Assembly: GCA_963845755.1 (NCBI GenBank)
Contig: CAWJTV010000030.1
Coordinates: forward strand, 96,001-160,000
Direction of reading: 5' to 3'
From: an uncultured Planctomycetota bacterium
GTDB taxonomy: Bacteria > Planctomycetota > Planctomycetia > Isosphaerales > Isosphaeraceae
DNA length: 64,000 nt
The notes under the pieces were generated by a model. The model had not been told where the DNA came from. It saw only the letters and a list, made by a program, of their open reading frames with translations, and searched no databases. Every line of letters begins with the position of its first letter. Positions within the stretch are counted from its first letter, which is position 1. The translations under genes were made by a program, and so were the position numbers. Of the stretch, positions 12,114 to 22,019 are shown in pieces.

Positions 12114-12601
12114 TCACTCCGCCGATGCGCTCGTTCGCGCAACTGCTCGGCGCGAATCCGCTCCTGGCGATACCGTTCGCCGATCGCAAGATCAAAGGGA
12201 TGAAATCGGCCGTCCCCATCGGAACCGGCGCCCCGCACCTGGCACCCGCATCGATAGCAGATGGTCACATCGGGCACTCGAGGATAGAGTGCCCAGTCCA
12301 GGAAGGTGAACGCCAGCAGGACCGAGAAGGTCTCGATCGGCTTGTCGTAGTACCAGAAGACCGTGCTGATCCCTATCTGGACCATTACGATCATCAGGCC
12401 CAGTGCCTGGGGAAAATCTTTCTGGATGTAGAGATCGGTTGACAGACACCAAGGGCAGGAATCCAGGCGTGAGCGATCGATCGATTCCGGATGGAGCGGC
12501 CGGGCTGTGCCGCATTGACGACAGACTGCCTGGTCCGACGTCTCCAGCGGCGAAACCTGGTCGACGCGACCACAGGTCGGACACGAGAATGTCAGTTCCA
12601 T
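12114..12601 (-). CDS. Zn-ribbon membrane protein, hypothetical
   Basis: CPTC, CRQC, CPWC and CYRC pairs plus two hydrophobic segments; the ORF reads on into the next gene, so the true stop near 12114 is inferred. Confidence 0.55.
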
Positions 12602-12791
12602 ATTGCCAGCCCGTTCTCCCAGTCCATCGATCCCGGCGAGCCGGCCCGGCGCTAGCGGGCCGGGCGGGATCTCTTATTGTAATGGATCCCCTCGGCAGCG
12701 AAAGCGGCGCCCGGCAGAAAGCTCGAGCGCCCAAGAGCCGTCGACCGGTACGGCACACCACGACCGGTCGACCCGGAAGTCCGCCTTGCGC

Positions 12792-13560
12792 TCAAGAGAT
12801 GATGCCCGTACCGGCCGCCACCAGCGAGGCCAGCTCCCCGAACAACACGAAGATCGTCGTGATGTAGAGGATTCCGGTTGCCGATTGTGTCGAGCGGATC
12901 TCGGCCGTGCGGCGGGCCAGGTAGACCGACACCGCGACGCCCACGAATCCCATCCCCCAGCGCATGGCGAGGATCGTCGCATCCGTCGAGTGATCGCGGA
13001 ATCCCGAGCCCAGAAGCTCACTTTGCGCAAACCAGACGGCTATGCCGGCCAGCAAACCACGTGCGCCGAGGGCCGCCAGGATCGCGCCGAGTGATCGCTT
13101 CAGAGGGTCCGTCGTCATCGAGGGCGCGATCAGGTAATAGTGGCCCAGAAGCATGGCCGTGAGGCGTGGCGCCCATCAGGCCGCCCGAGCTGATTCGGCT
13201 CAAACTATTGAGCGTCCATACCACGGGATGATCAGATCGCGACGCATCAATCATCCATAGAGAAGTGACCACCGCGCCGAGAATGCCCGCGGCGATCCCG
13301 ACTCGCGGCAGACCGAGTCCCCACGAAATTGTGGCAAGGTAAGCGAGGATCACTCCCGCGACGATCAGACCGACGGACATCGACGCTCCACGCGAGCGCG
13401 CCTGGTCCAGTCCGGCCAGTACGAGAGTTGCCAGGATCACCTGATTCTGGATCCGGAAGAACCGCAGCGGTACCTCACGCCAGGAGGTCAGAAGCAACGA
13501 TAGGATCAAGCCGAGTGATAAACGGACGGCGAAGTCGGCGAGTAAAGGTACAGAATGCAT
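12792..13560 (-). CDS. Multi-pass membrane protein, hypothetical (frameshift near 13160)
   Basis: Two hydrophobic ORFs joining at 'GATL/MLLGHYYL'; 'RSTQSATGILY' motif. Confidence 0.65.
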
Positions 13561-13866
13561 CGCAAGGCCCTGGTGATTCCACGCCTGGCAGGCGATCACG
13601 ACGAGGTGAATCCGTTCTCAACACACCCATCGATCGAACACAGCCCGCCCAATCCCTATCGATCCATGATACGGCCGAGGGAACGCGGACAACATGCCGG
13701 TTCAGGACTGCGTTCCTCGATCGTCACGACCGTACCTCTCTGGATTCTCGCTTTTCAAGACTTGATAAGAGGATCACTGGCGGAATCCAGATTACGAAAG
13801 TACGATGCTTAATTCGCTCACATTGGAACCAACAGCCGCAAAGCGACCAGACGTGGGGAGTCTCAG

Positions 13867-14956
13867 ATGGGAAGAAAGATCAGGATGTCATGCTGCTGGA
13901 CGATTCTGTTCGGCTGCCTCGGTTCCGCGGTTCCGGCGAGTGGTGCCGATCGCCCGGCGGACGAGATCCTGAAGGCCCTCGACGCGGTGAAGCTGCCCGC
14001 GATCGACAGAGCCAGGGTGTCAGACCCCTCCTATCGCCAGCAGTTACAGAGAGAAATGGAGGAGGTTTCCCGCAAGCGGGATTCTCTGATCCTGGAACTG
14101 TACAGGACCGACCTGAACCACGACAAACTGCCGTTCTTGATGGCGGAACGTTGGGATCGCATTCCCCTCGATGGACCGGCCCGTACGGTCCGCGATACTG
14201 AGGTAAAGTCGGTTCTCGAACACGCGACGAACCCGCAACTCCGCACGGAGGCCACGTTCGCCAGGTCCCTCGGGAGAGTATTCGACTCGCGGTCTACCGG
14301 ACACCCAGACGTTGCCGCTGTTGACGAGTTCATCAAGGTGGCTCCCAAGGATCCGCGCGGCGTGCAGTTGCTCTTTATCTGCACGAGACTCACCGCGGAC
14401 GCGGAGGCGCGGTCCGCGATCGAAGATCGGATCACCAAGGACTTTCCCGATTCGAAACACGCGTCATCGATCCTGGGCATGAGACGCAAGACCAGAGCGA
14501 TCGGCAAGCCTTTCGAACTCGAGTTCACCGAAGCCCTCACGGGTGCCCCAATTTCGATGAAGAACCTCAAGGGCAAGGTGGTCGTTCTCGATTTCTGGGC
14601 CACCTGGTGCGGGCCGTGCGTGGAGGATATGCCGCGCCTGAAGAAGCTCTATGCCAAGTACCACGATCGAGGTGTCGAATTCGTCGGTATCAGCTTGGAC
14701 CAGCCCAAGGAGGAAGGCGGCCTGGATCGACTCAAGAAGTTCGTGAAAGATAACAAGATGCCCTGGCCCCAGTATTATCAAGGCAATGGATGGGAGAGCC
14801 GCGTTTTCGCGGTCGTGGGGTATCGATGCGATTCCCGCGATGTTCGTCATCGCCCCGGACGGAACCCTCTTCTCGACAACCGCGCGCAAAGACCTCGAGT
14901 CCATCATTCTCGAGGAGCTGAAGAAGTCCGAGGGATCCCCAACCAGGAAAGAGTGA
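13867..14956 (+). CDS. TlpA-family thiol-disulfide oxidoreductase (frameshift near 14805)
   Basis: Signal peptide; 'KGKVVVLDFWATWCGPC'; 'WGIDAIPAMFVI' continues in another frame. Confidence 0.85.
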
Positions 14957-15080
14957 GGCGTCCTGGTGACCGGATTTTGTCTGACTGACGAGGAACATCG
15001 CGAAGCTTGACCCCGGGCCCGGAGTTCCTGGCATTTCCAGTCGGTTCACCCGGCCTCGTGTTCCGAGAGAGGCGTCGTCG

Positions 15081-15725
15081 TCACTTCCGCGATCCGAAAA
15101 TCAGAGACATCAACTCGGTGCGCGTGGCGAGCCGCTCCTTGAAAACGCCCCGCATCGCGCTGGTGACGAACGAGCTATCAGGCTTGTTGACGCCCCGGAT
15201 CGTCATGCAGCTATGGGTCCCTTCGATCACAACCGCCACGCCCTTGGCATCGAGCTCCTTCATCAGGAGGTCCGCCACCTCTTCGGTCAAGCGCTCCTGC
15301 ATCTGCGGACGCTTGGCAAGCACGTCCACGACGCGTGGGATCTTGGACAATCCGACGACACTCCCGTTGGGGATGTAGGCGATGTGGGCCTCTCCGACGA
15401 CCGGGAGGAGATGATGTTCGCAGAAGCTCACGAACCGTATGTCTCGAATCAGGAGGATCTCGTCGTACTTCTGGGTGAACAACTTCCGGAGATGCACTCG
15501 CGGATCCTCGTGGAGGCCCTGAAAGACCTCGGCATACATCCGGGCGACGCGATCGGGCGTCTCACGTAGTCCCTCACGTCCGGGATCTTCGCCCACGGCC
15601 AGTAGAATCTCGTGCACGGCGCGTCGAATCCGGTCCAGATCGATCTTCGAATTCAACACACTCGCGCTGCGCTCCCTGCCATCCTCGTCGTCACCGCAGC
15701 CGTGAAGGGCACCGTTCGAAGGCAT
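15081..15725 (-). CDS. folE: GTP cyclohydrolase I
   Basis: 'REGLRETPDRVARMY', 'SFCEHHLLP', 'GLSKIPR', 'QERLT', 'HSCMTIRGV'. Confidence 0.96.
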   Translation of the reverse strand: MPSNGALHGCGDDEDGRERSASVLNSKIDLDRIRRAVHEILLAVGEDPGREGLRETPDRVARMYAEVFQGLHEDPRVHLRKLFTQKYDEILLIRDIRFVSFCEHHLLPVVGEAHIAYIPNGSVVGLSKIPRVVDVLAKRPQMQERLTEEVADLLMKELDAKGVAVVIEGTHSCMTIRGVNKPDSSFVTSAMRGVFKERLATRTELMSLIFGSRK

Positions 15726-15828
15726 CGTGGGCCGCCTGTTGTAAACCTAAATCAAACCTCAACTTCTGGAAAGTATCCGTTCATTCTATGTCGCCCTCAG
15801 TCAGAAATCAAGCTGCCGAATCTCCCGC

Positions 15829-16506
15829 TCAATTGAGGCTAAACGGCGGCGGAAAGGGGCGAGATTCTGGAGTCTGCGCGAGCGACTGGCGAAGGACGCT
15901 CTTGAGAGTCGTGACCCGACGATCCACCCGCGTCTCTTCCAGCAGGGATTGCTTCAGGGGAGTTGGAAGCTCGAGAGCGTGCGCGATGACGTCGCACAAG
16001 CCGCCGAGGGGTAGGTCCGAGTTCAGGACGTGCGACAGGTCCGTCTCGAGTTCATGGGCCTGCTGGAAGACCAGGAGGAATAAATCAAGAAGCTCCTTCC
16101 GGTGAGAATCGAGATCGTTCGCGCCCTCCCGGTCTTCGAGGATCGTCGCCTCCGCAATGCGATAGAGTCTTGGACTGGCCAGTTCGCGGACAAGACGGAC
16201 CCGCTTGCAGCCCAGAAGCAGAAGATGGAACCGTCCGTCGGGAAGGCGCTCGTGTTGAATGATACGGCCGAGACAGCCCACATCCTTGATTGGAGTCGGC
16301 TCGGTCCAAGGAGTGCCCCCTACCATCGGTCGGATCTGGACGATGGTCACCTGGCGGTCGTCGGCCAGGGCATCCTCGGTCATCTGGCGGTAACGGGGCT
16401 CGAAGATATGCAAGGGGAGGATCGTGTGTGGAAACAGGACGAGGTTCGGCAGAGGGAAGAGCCGACATGGCCTCGAGGAACCGCGCGGTTGCGTCTGATC
16501 GTCCAT
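15829..16506 (-). CDS. LON peptidase substrate-binding domain protein
   Basis: 'LFPLPNLVLFPHTILPLHIFEPRYRQM', 'VGCLGRI', 'LPDGRF'. Confidence 0.9.
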   Translation of the reverse strand: MDDQTQPRGSSRPCRLFPLPNLVLFPHTILPLHIFEPRYRQMTEDALADDRQVTIVQIRPMVGGTPWTEPTPIKDVGCLGRIIQHERLPDGRFHLLLLGCKRVRLVRELASPRLYRIAEATILEDREGANDLDSHRKELLDLFLLVFQQAHELETDLSHVLNSDLPLGGLCDVIAHALELPTPLKQSLLEETRVDRRVTTLKSVLRQSLAQTPESRPFPPPFSLN

Positions 16507-16766
16507 CGTATCTTCCAGCCGTGGTCATCGATGTAAATCGCACGACGCGAGGTGAGGAGAACCGCAACTCCGCTTGACATAACCCCGCCGCCGTCGCCGA
16601 GAATAGCGAACCCGGCGTATGCGACCGCCTCTCCTTACCAGATCGTTCGCTCGTTCGCCTCATTCTAGTTTCGATCAGGTGATGGACAAGCCGGAACCCG
16701 CCGTTGCCCATACGACGAGGGACTCCGTGCGCCGAAGCAGCCCTCCGAGGAGTTGAGGAGATCCTG

Positions 16767-17479
16767 ATGTCCCCCTCCCGTCGCGCCTCGACAACGCCCA
16801 AGAGCCAGGCCAGGCGAGTCCTGGATGGCCTGAAGAGCGCCTATCCCGAGGCCAATTGCGCCTCTCCCATGCAGGCCCCTATCAACTCTTGGTCGCCACC
16901 ATTCTATCAGCGCAGTGCACGGATGCACGAGTCAATCAGGTCACGCCGGCGCTGTTTCGTCGATACCCGGATGCCTCCGCGCTGGCGAAGGCAGATCCGA
17001 CGGAGCTGGAGGGGCTCATCCGCTCGACCGGTTTTTTCCGGGCCAAGGCCCGCAACCTCGTGGCGATGGCCAAACAGGCTGTGGAGCGGCATGGGGGCCA
17101 GATTCCGATGGATCTGAAGTCCTTGATCGCCCTGAACGGCGTGGGCCGAAAGACGGCCAACGTCGTGCTGGGCACGGCTTTCGGCCGGGCCGAAGGGATC
17201 GTGGTCGACACTCATGTCAAGCGGCTCGTGCATCGCCTCGGCCTCACGACCGGGACGATGCCGGAGCCGATCGAGCGCGATCTGATGCAGGTCATCCCGC
17301 GCTCGGAATGGATCGACCTGAGCCACCGCCTGATTCAGCATGGACGAAAGGTGTGCCAGGCGCGACGACCGAAATGCGGAATCTGCACGCTCGCCAACTT
17401 CTGTCCGAAGGTCGGAGTGGTCGCATCGGATCAACCCAGATTCCCTAAGACCGGTCGCTTGCCCGGAAGCCGAGCGTGA
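16767..17479 (+). CDS. nth: Endonuclease III (frameshift near 16860)
   Basis: '[17 protein letters not shown]', HhH '[12 protein letters not shown]', 'VDTHV', C-x6-C-x2-C-x5-C 4Fe-4S motif; GAGGAG RBS before 16767. Confidence 0.93.
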
Positions 17480-17763
17480 TGTAGATTTTGTCAAGTTACG
17501 CGCCATTGGCGTGGGAACCGAGAGACGGACCGTACCGGCGATCGTCCCGCGCTCAAGGCGAACGGCTTGCCGCTCTGCGTCGTCTAATTATAGGATTGAT
17601 GAAGTTCGTCGTCATTGCGTAAGCGCCGGTGCCGCGGCACGGCGGCGGATCCTCGTCATCTCCGTGACATCAACGGTCCAAGCCCCATCGTATTTATGAC
17701 TTGCGGCGCGATGCCGCGAGGGTGGTCGGCCGGCCGTCTTACTCTGATTGGTAGGATGGGACC

Positions 17764-18624
17764 ATGACCCAAGTTGGCAAAATCCTCGTGCTCGCGATCG
17801 TTGGCTTTTCCCTCGTCTTCCTCGGCATCTCCACCTCGGTCTTCGTGACCTCGAAGAACTGGAAAACCGAGACGCAGAAGAAGTCGGAGGACCTCAAGAA
17901 AGTCCAGAAGAGCCTGGCTGACGCCAAGGCCCTCGTGGATGCAGCCAAGAAGGAGCTGGCGGACGCCAAGAGCAACGAAGCGGCCCAGACCAAGCAACTG
18001 AATGACCGCATCCGCGGATTGGAAGACCAGAACAAGCGTGACCAGACGGACATCCAGGATGTTCGTGGCAAACTCGTCACGGCCCAGGAAAACGCCAAGA
18101 GTGCGCTCGATGAGGCCGCTCATCGGCGAGATGAGACCACCCTCCTTCGTACTCAGAAGTCTGCAGTCGAGAAGCAGGCCAATGAGTTCAAGTTGCGACA
18201 GGCGGAGCTGATCGACAAGATCCGCGAGCAGGAGCGGATGCTGGATACCAACATCAAGAATAATTCCGACCTCCGCGAGCGGGTCGCGAAGTTTACCACC
18301 TTGCTCCAACAAAACGGCCTGTCCGCCGACATCAGCCAGATCAAAGGGCTGGAAAGCCCGCCGCCGGTCGAGGGGCTGATCAAGCGAGTGGACGCAACCA
18401 ATCGTCGCGTCGAGATCTCCATTGGTTCTGACGATGGATTGGTCGCCGGTCATGAATTGAACCTTTACCGCCTCAAACCAAGACCGGAGTTCCTGGGGAA
18501 GATCCAGATTGTTGCCCCGGTCGATCCCAATCAGGCCGTGGGACTTGTGGTCGGCAAAACCTACCAGGGCAAGAAGATAAAGGAGGGCGACATTGTCTCG
18601 TCAACCATCAACCCGCGGTTCTAG
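17764..18624 (+). CDS. Membrane-anchored coiled-coil protein with C-terminal beta domain
   Basis: N-terminal TM, long K/E/Q-rich coiled coil, then 'VEISIGSDDGL...FLGKIQIV'. Confidence 0.75.
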   Translation: MTQVGKILVLAIVGFSLVFLGISTSVFVTSKNWKTETQKKSEDLKKVQKSLADAKALVDAAKKELADAKSNEAAQTKQLNDRIRGLEDQNKRDQTDIQDVRGKLVTAQENAKSALDEAAHRRDETTLLRTQKSAVEKQANEFKLRQAELIDKIREQERMLDTNIKNNSDLRERVAKFTTLLQQNGLSADISQIKGLESPPPVEGLIKRVDATNRRVEISIGSDDGLVAGHELNLYRLKPRPEFLGKIQIVAPVDPNQAVGLVVGKTYQGKKIKEGDIVSSTINPRF

Positions 18625-18811
18625 CGCCACGGCGGCCAGCCGGGGAGCGAGCGCCGCTGCGCAGCGGCGTCCTGGGGTTTTTGTCCAGGCGCCCAAGAGC
18701 GACATCTACGTCGCCCTCCTGGGGCTCGCGCTGGCAGCCATCCTCATCGCCTGCCTGCTGATGCTTGTGATGCTCAATAGTTATGGCTGGAACGTCAAGG
18801 TGCCCGTGTAG
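18593..18811 (+). CDS. Small single-TM hypothetical protein
   Basis: 72 aa, 'PKSDIYVALLGLALAAILIACLLM' TM; overlaps upstream stop. Confidence 0.55.
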   Translation: MSRQPSTRGSSATAASRGASAAAQRRPGVFVQAPKSDIYVALLGLALAAILIACLLMLVMLNSYGWNVKVPV

Positions 18812-18868
18812 ATTGCAACCACTCCTCGGTGCGAAGAGACCCATCCGAAAAAATCGGCTGATGTACTC

Positions 18869-18898
18869 TTGTCAAGGTGTACGAAGATTCGGTATAAT
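18869..18898 (+). promoter_or_regulatory. Sigma70-type promoter
   Basis: TTGTCA (18869-74), 18-nt spacer, TATAAT (18893-98) in a GC-rich genome. Confidence 0.7.
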
Positions 18899-18901
18899 CC
18901 A

Positions 18902-18960
18902 ACCGTCCGATCGGAGTAGGTGGGAAAACCACCCGGCACCGACCGGACGGTGGCTTTTTC
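18902..18960 (+). ncRNA. Candidate structured leader or small RNA ending in a terminator-like U-tract
   Basis: ACCGTCCGATCGG pairs with CCGACCGGACGGT (one mismatch); inner GGTGG-GAAAA-CCACC; followed by CTTTTTC. Confidence 0.4.
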
Positions 18961-19125
18961 GGCGATGGCCGGTTGACTCTCCGTTGGATTGTCGCGGCCC
19001 GTCGCTGGGTGTGCGAGCCACCTCACCTGTTGCACCCGGTATTGGATGACAGTCGAGGGTGGCGGTCGCGGCGCGGATCGTTTGTCCTGCCGGCGACCGC
19101 TCGATCCTCCGGGGGGCGTTGCACG

Positions 19126-19884
19126 ATGACTCAGCATCCCGATCTCTTTGCGGCCCTCGCCGCACCCTTTGACCCCGACGAAGTGAAGCTCCGCGCCCAG
19201 GCCGGGCGCCAGTTGCACTACGTGACGGCGCGAACCGTCATGAACCGACTGGACGACGTGCTCGGGCCCGAGAATTGGTGGGACGATTTCGTTCCGCTGG
19301 AGCACTCCGTGATCTGCCGGCTGACCATCCGGCTGCCGGATGGCGCGGTCCTGACCAAGAGCGACGCGGGCGGTTATGCCGGAATGGCCGATCCCGGCGA
19401 CGATGATAAGAGCGGATTCGCGGACGCGTTCAAGCGCGCCGCGGTGAAGTTCGGCGTGGGTCGCTACCTTTACCGTGACGGCATCCCCAAGTTCGCTCGT
19501 GAGAGTCTCAAGGGGCGCGGCGACCTGGAGGCGCAGCCGGTGACTGGCCAGGGGGCGCAGACTCAGTCTGCAACTACGACAGCTCCGCCACCCTCGCCTG
19601 CTCCTCCCGTGCCGAGCCTGGCACCGAGCCCACGCGCCGGTGACGACGGGCTCAATCCGCCTCGCAACGGCCGGGCTCTGTTCGCCTGGACCAAGGACCA
19701 GGATGAAAAGTACGAGTACGGCCTGCTCAAGCACATCAATGCCTGGGGCAAGCGGCAGGAGTTCCCGCCGCGCATGGTCGATTGGGACGGCGAGCAGGTG
19801 ACGCGGGCCTATGCCGAAGCCTGCCGCAAGGTTCGTGCGATCCATGCGATGCAGCACGCAACCGAGGCCGCCCTATCGAACTGA
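19126..19884 (+). CDS. Rad52/Rad22-family single-strand annealing protein
   Basis: 'LAAPF', 'YVTARTVMNRLDDVLGPENW', 'KSGFADAFKRAAVKFGVGRYLY'; Pro-rich linker and extra C-terminal domain. Confidence 0.88.
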   Translation: MTQHPDLFAALAAPFDPDEVKLRAQAGRQLHYVTARTVMNRLDDVLGPENWWDDFVPLEHSVICRLTIRLPDGAVLTKSDAGGYAGMADPGDDDKSGFADAFKRAAVKFGVGRYLYRDGIPKFARESLKGRGDLEAQPVTGQGAQTQSATTTAPPPSPAPPVPSLAPSPRAGDDGLNPPRNGRALFAWTKDQDEKYEYGLLKHINAWGKRQEFPPRMVDWDGEQVTRAYAEACRKVRAIHAMQHATEAALSN

Positions 19885-19890
19885 TGCCTC

Positions 19891-20041
19891 GTCATTGGTC
19901 ATTCGCTCTTTGGTCAGCCTTAGGCCCATCGGTCACCTCGTGCGCAGCGGCTCGGGATGATGCGGATGGACGATGCGGCCGAGTTCCGCCGTTGACGCGG
20001 GAAGCGTCGCCAGGAATCACCAATGGCGAATGACCAATGAC
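19891..20041. repeat. Inverted heptamer-arm element (GTCATTG type)
   Basis: GTCATTGGTCATTCGC (19891-906) and GCGAATGACCAATGAC (20026-41) form a perfect 16-bp inverted repeat. Confidence 0.75.
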
Positions 20042-20265
20042 CTGGAAGCAATCTGGACCGAGAGCCGATCAGTGATTAGACTGCGCGCTGAGTTCGATGC
20101 TCAGGGATGAGCCGGCGGGCACTCACCACACGGGGCTCCGAGGTGATCGGCAAACCCGTGATGGACGGCCGGTCCAGATGAACGTCTCATCTCGTCATCC
20201 GTCACTCCTATTCCGGGAGGTGCCGCGGCACGAGTGGTCGCGACTGGACGGGAGGCTGAGGCACG

Positions 20266-21738
20266 ATGCACGTGGTGTTTGCAGCCTCCGAGGGGGTGCC
20301 ATTTGCCAAGACCGGTGGTCTGGCCGATGTCGCCGGGGCGCTGCCGTGCGCCCTGTCGCGTCAAGGCCAGCGCATCTCATTGTTTCTGCCCGCCTATCGT
20401 CGGGCCTGGTCGGCCGGTCCCGACCTGATCGACATGGGGGTGCTCCTTCAGATCCCGGTCGGCGCGCGTGTGGTGGAAGGCCGAGTCTATGAGAGCCGGC
20501 TCCCGGGCTCGGACGTGGCCGTCTACCTGATCGACCAGCCCGGCTACTTCGACCGAGACGGGCTCTACGGGAACGGCGTGACGGATTATGTCGATAATTG
20601 CGAGCGGTTCGTCTTCTTCGATCGGGCCGTGCTCGAGACGATCCGGGCCTTGCGTCTCGAACCGGACATTATCCACTGCAATGACTGGCAGACCGGCTTG
20701 ATCTCTGTCTATCGACGCACCCTCTACAGGAATATGCCCGAGCTCGCCGCCTGCGGAACGCTGCTGACCATCCACAACCTGGCGTATCTCGGCCTGTTCT
20801 GGCACTGGGACATGGCTCTCACCGGCCTCGACTGGCATCTGTTCAACTGGCAACAGTTAGAGTTCCACGGAAAGCTCTGTTTCATGAAAGGTGGGCTGGT
20901 CTTCGCGGACATGCTCAGCACGGTGAGCCCCAGTTATGCCCGGGAGATCCAGACCCCGAGGTTCGGCTCGGGAATGGAAGGGTTGCTCCGCGACCGCCAG
21001 GTTGACCTGTTCGGAATCGTCAACGGGATTGATCTGGACACGTGGAGTCCTGCGGTCGAGCCGATGCTGGTTCAGCGCTACGATGCGACGACGGTCGTCG
21101 AGGGCAAGGCACGCTGCAAGACCTGGCTTCAAGAGAAGACCGGACTGCCCGTACGGCCGGAGGTCCCCGTGTTCGCCCAGATCGGGCGGCTCGACCCCCA
21201 GAAAGGATGGGACTTGCTGGCTGATGTGGCGGACCCGCTCCTGGAGCGCGACGTTCAGCTCGTCGTGCTCGGAGTCGGTCATCCCAAGTATCATGCTGTG
21301 CTCGCAGACCTCGCCCGAAAACATCCCGACCGGTTCTGGGCGTACCTCGGCTTCGACGATGACCTGGCCCATCAGATCGAGGCCGGGGCCGACCTGTTCC
21401 TGATGCCGAGCGTTTTCGAACCCTGTGGGTTGAACCAGCTTTACAGCCTGGCGCACGGGACTGTGCCGATCGTCCGCGCCACGGGCGGACTCGCCGACAC
21501 CGTCATCGACGCCAATTCCCAGACCCTCGCCGATGGGACGGCCAATGGTTTCCGCTTCACCGAACCCACGTCCCAGGCCCTCTGGCAGACGATCGAGCGG
21601 GCGCTGGACCTCTGGCTCGACCGCGAGGCCTGGGTCAAGTTGATGCGAACGGGGATGAATGCCGATTGGTCCTGGGACCGCAGCGCCGCGGAGTACTCGC
21701 GGCTCTATGAACAGATCGGGCGCAGGGCGCGATCATGA
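20266..21738 (+). CDS. glgA: Glycogen synthase (GT5)
   Basis: 'KTGGLADV', 'HCNDWQ', 'TIHNLAY', 'PSVFEPCGLNQL', 'TGGLADT'. Confidence 0.96.
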   Translation: MHVVFAASEGVPFAKTGGLADVAGALPCALSRQGQRISLFLPAYRRAWSAGPDLIDMGVLLQIPVGARVVEGRVYESRLPGSDVAVYLIDQPGYFDRDGLYGNGVTDYVDNCERFVFFDRAVLETIRALRLEPDIIHCNDWQTGLISVYRRTLYRNMPELAACGTLLTIHNLAYLGLFWHWDMALTGLDWHLFNWQQLEFHGKLCFMKGGLVFADMLSTVSPSYAREIQTPRFGSGMEGLLRDRQVDLFGIVNGIDLDTWSPAVEPMLVQRYDATTVVEGKARCKTWLQEKTGLPVRPEVPVFAQIGRLDPQKGWDLLADVADPLLERDVQLVVLGVGHPKYHAVLADLARKHPDRFWAYLGFDDDLAHQIEAGADLFLMPSVFEPCGLNQLYSLAHGTVPIVRATGGLADTVIDANSQTLADGTANGFRFTEPTSQALWQTIERALDLWLDREAWVKLMRTGMNADWSWDRSAAEYSRLYEQIGRRARS

Positions 21739-21876
21739 TACACTCACGCTCACGCGAACGGACCCTCCAGCCGCTCCATCTTCCCGCCGGGAACTCTTTA
21801 AGTTCGTCCTGAATTGTTCCGAGCATATCTCGGGAGACGACCTATTCTTCTTCAAGAGGATTTAGAACGACTTCCA

Positions 21877-21941
21877 GTAGGGTGGGTGCAACCCACCGAA
21901 CTCCTTGGTTCCAAGGATTAGGTGGGTTGCACCCACCCTAC
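21877..21941. repeat. GTAG-type REP doublet (REPIN-like)
   Basis: Perfect 21-bp inverted repeat GTAGGGTGGGTGCAACCCACC / GGTGGGTTGCACCCACCCTAC with inner TCCTTGG-TT-CCAAGGA hairpin. Confidence 0.85.
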
Positions 21942-22019
21942 GATTCTTCGTACCGGGCGAGTCGCGGCTACTCGGTCACCCACTCTCGGCGCGGTCGACA
22001 TGGCCAAGAAAGGTGAATG

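Noticed and set aside
18902..19015. ZTP (pfl) riboswitch or SRP RNA
   Set aside because: GGUGG-GAAAA-CCACC resembles a pfl stem, but the conserved GACUGG and CGCCUGGG elements are missing and the downstream gene does not fit; SRP CAGG/AGCA motifs are absent
18973..20100. Prophage remnant around the Rad52-like gene
   Set aside because: No integrase, structural or other phage genes nearby
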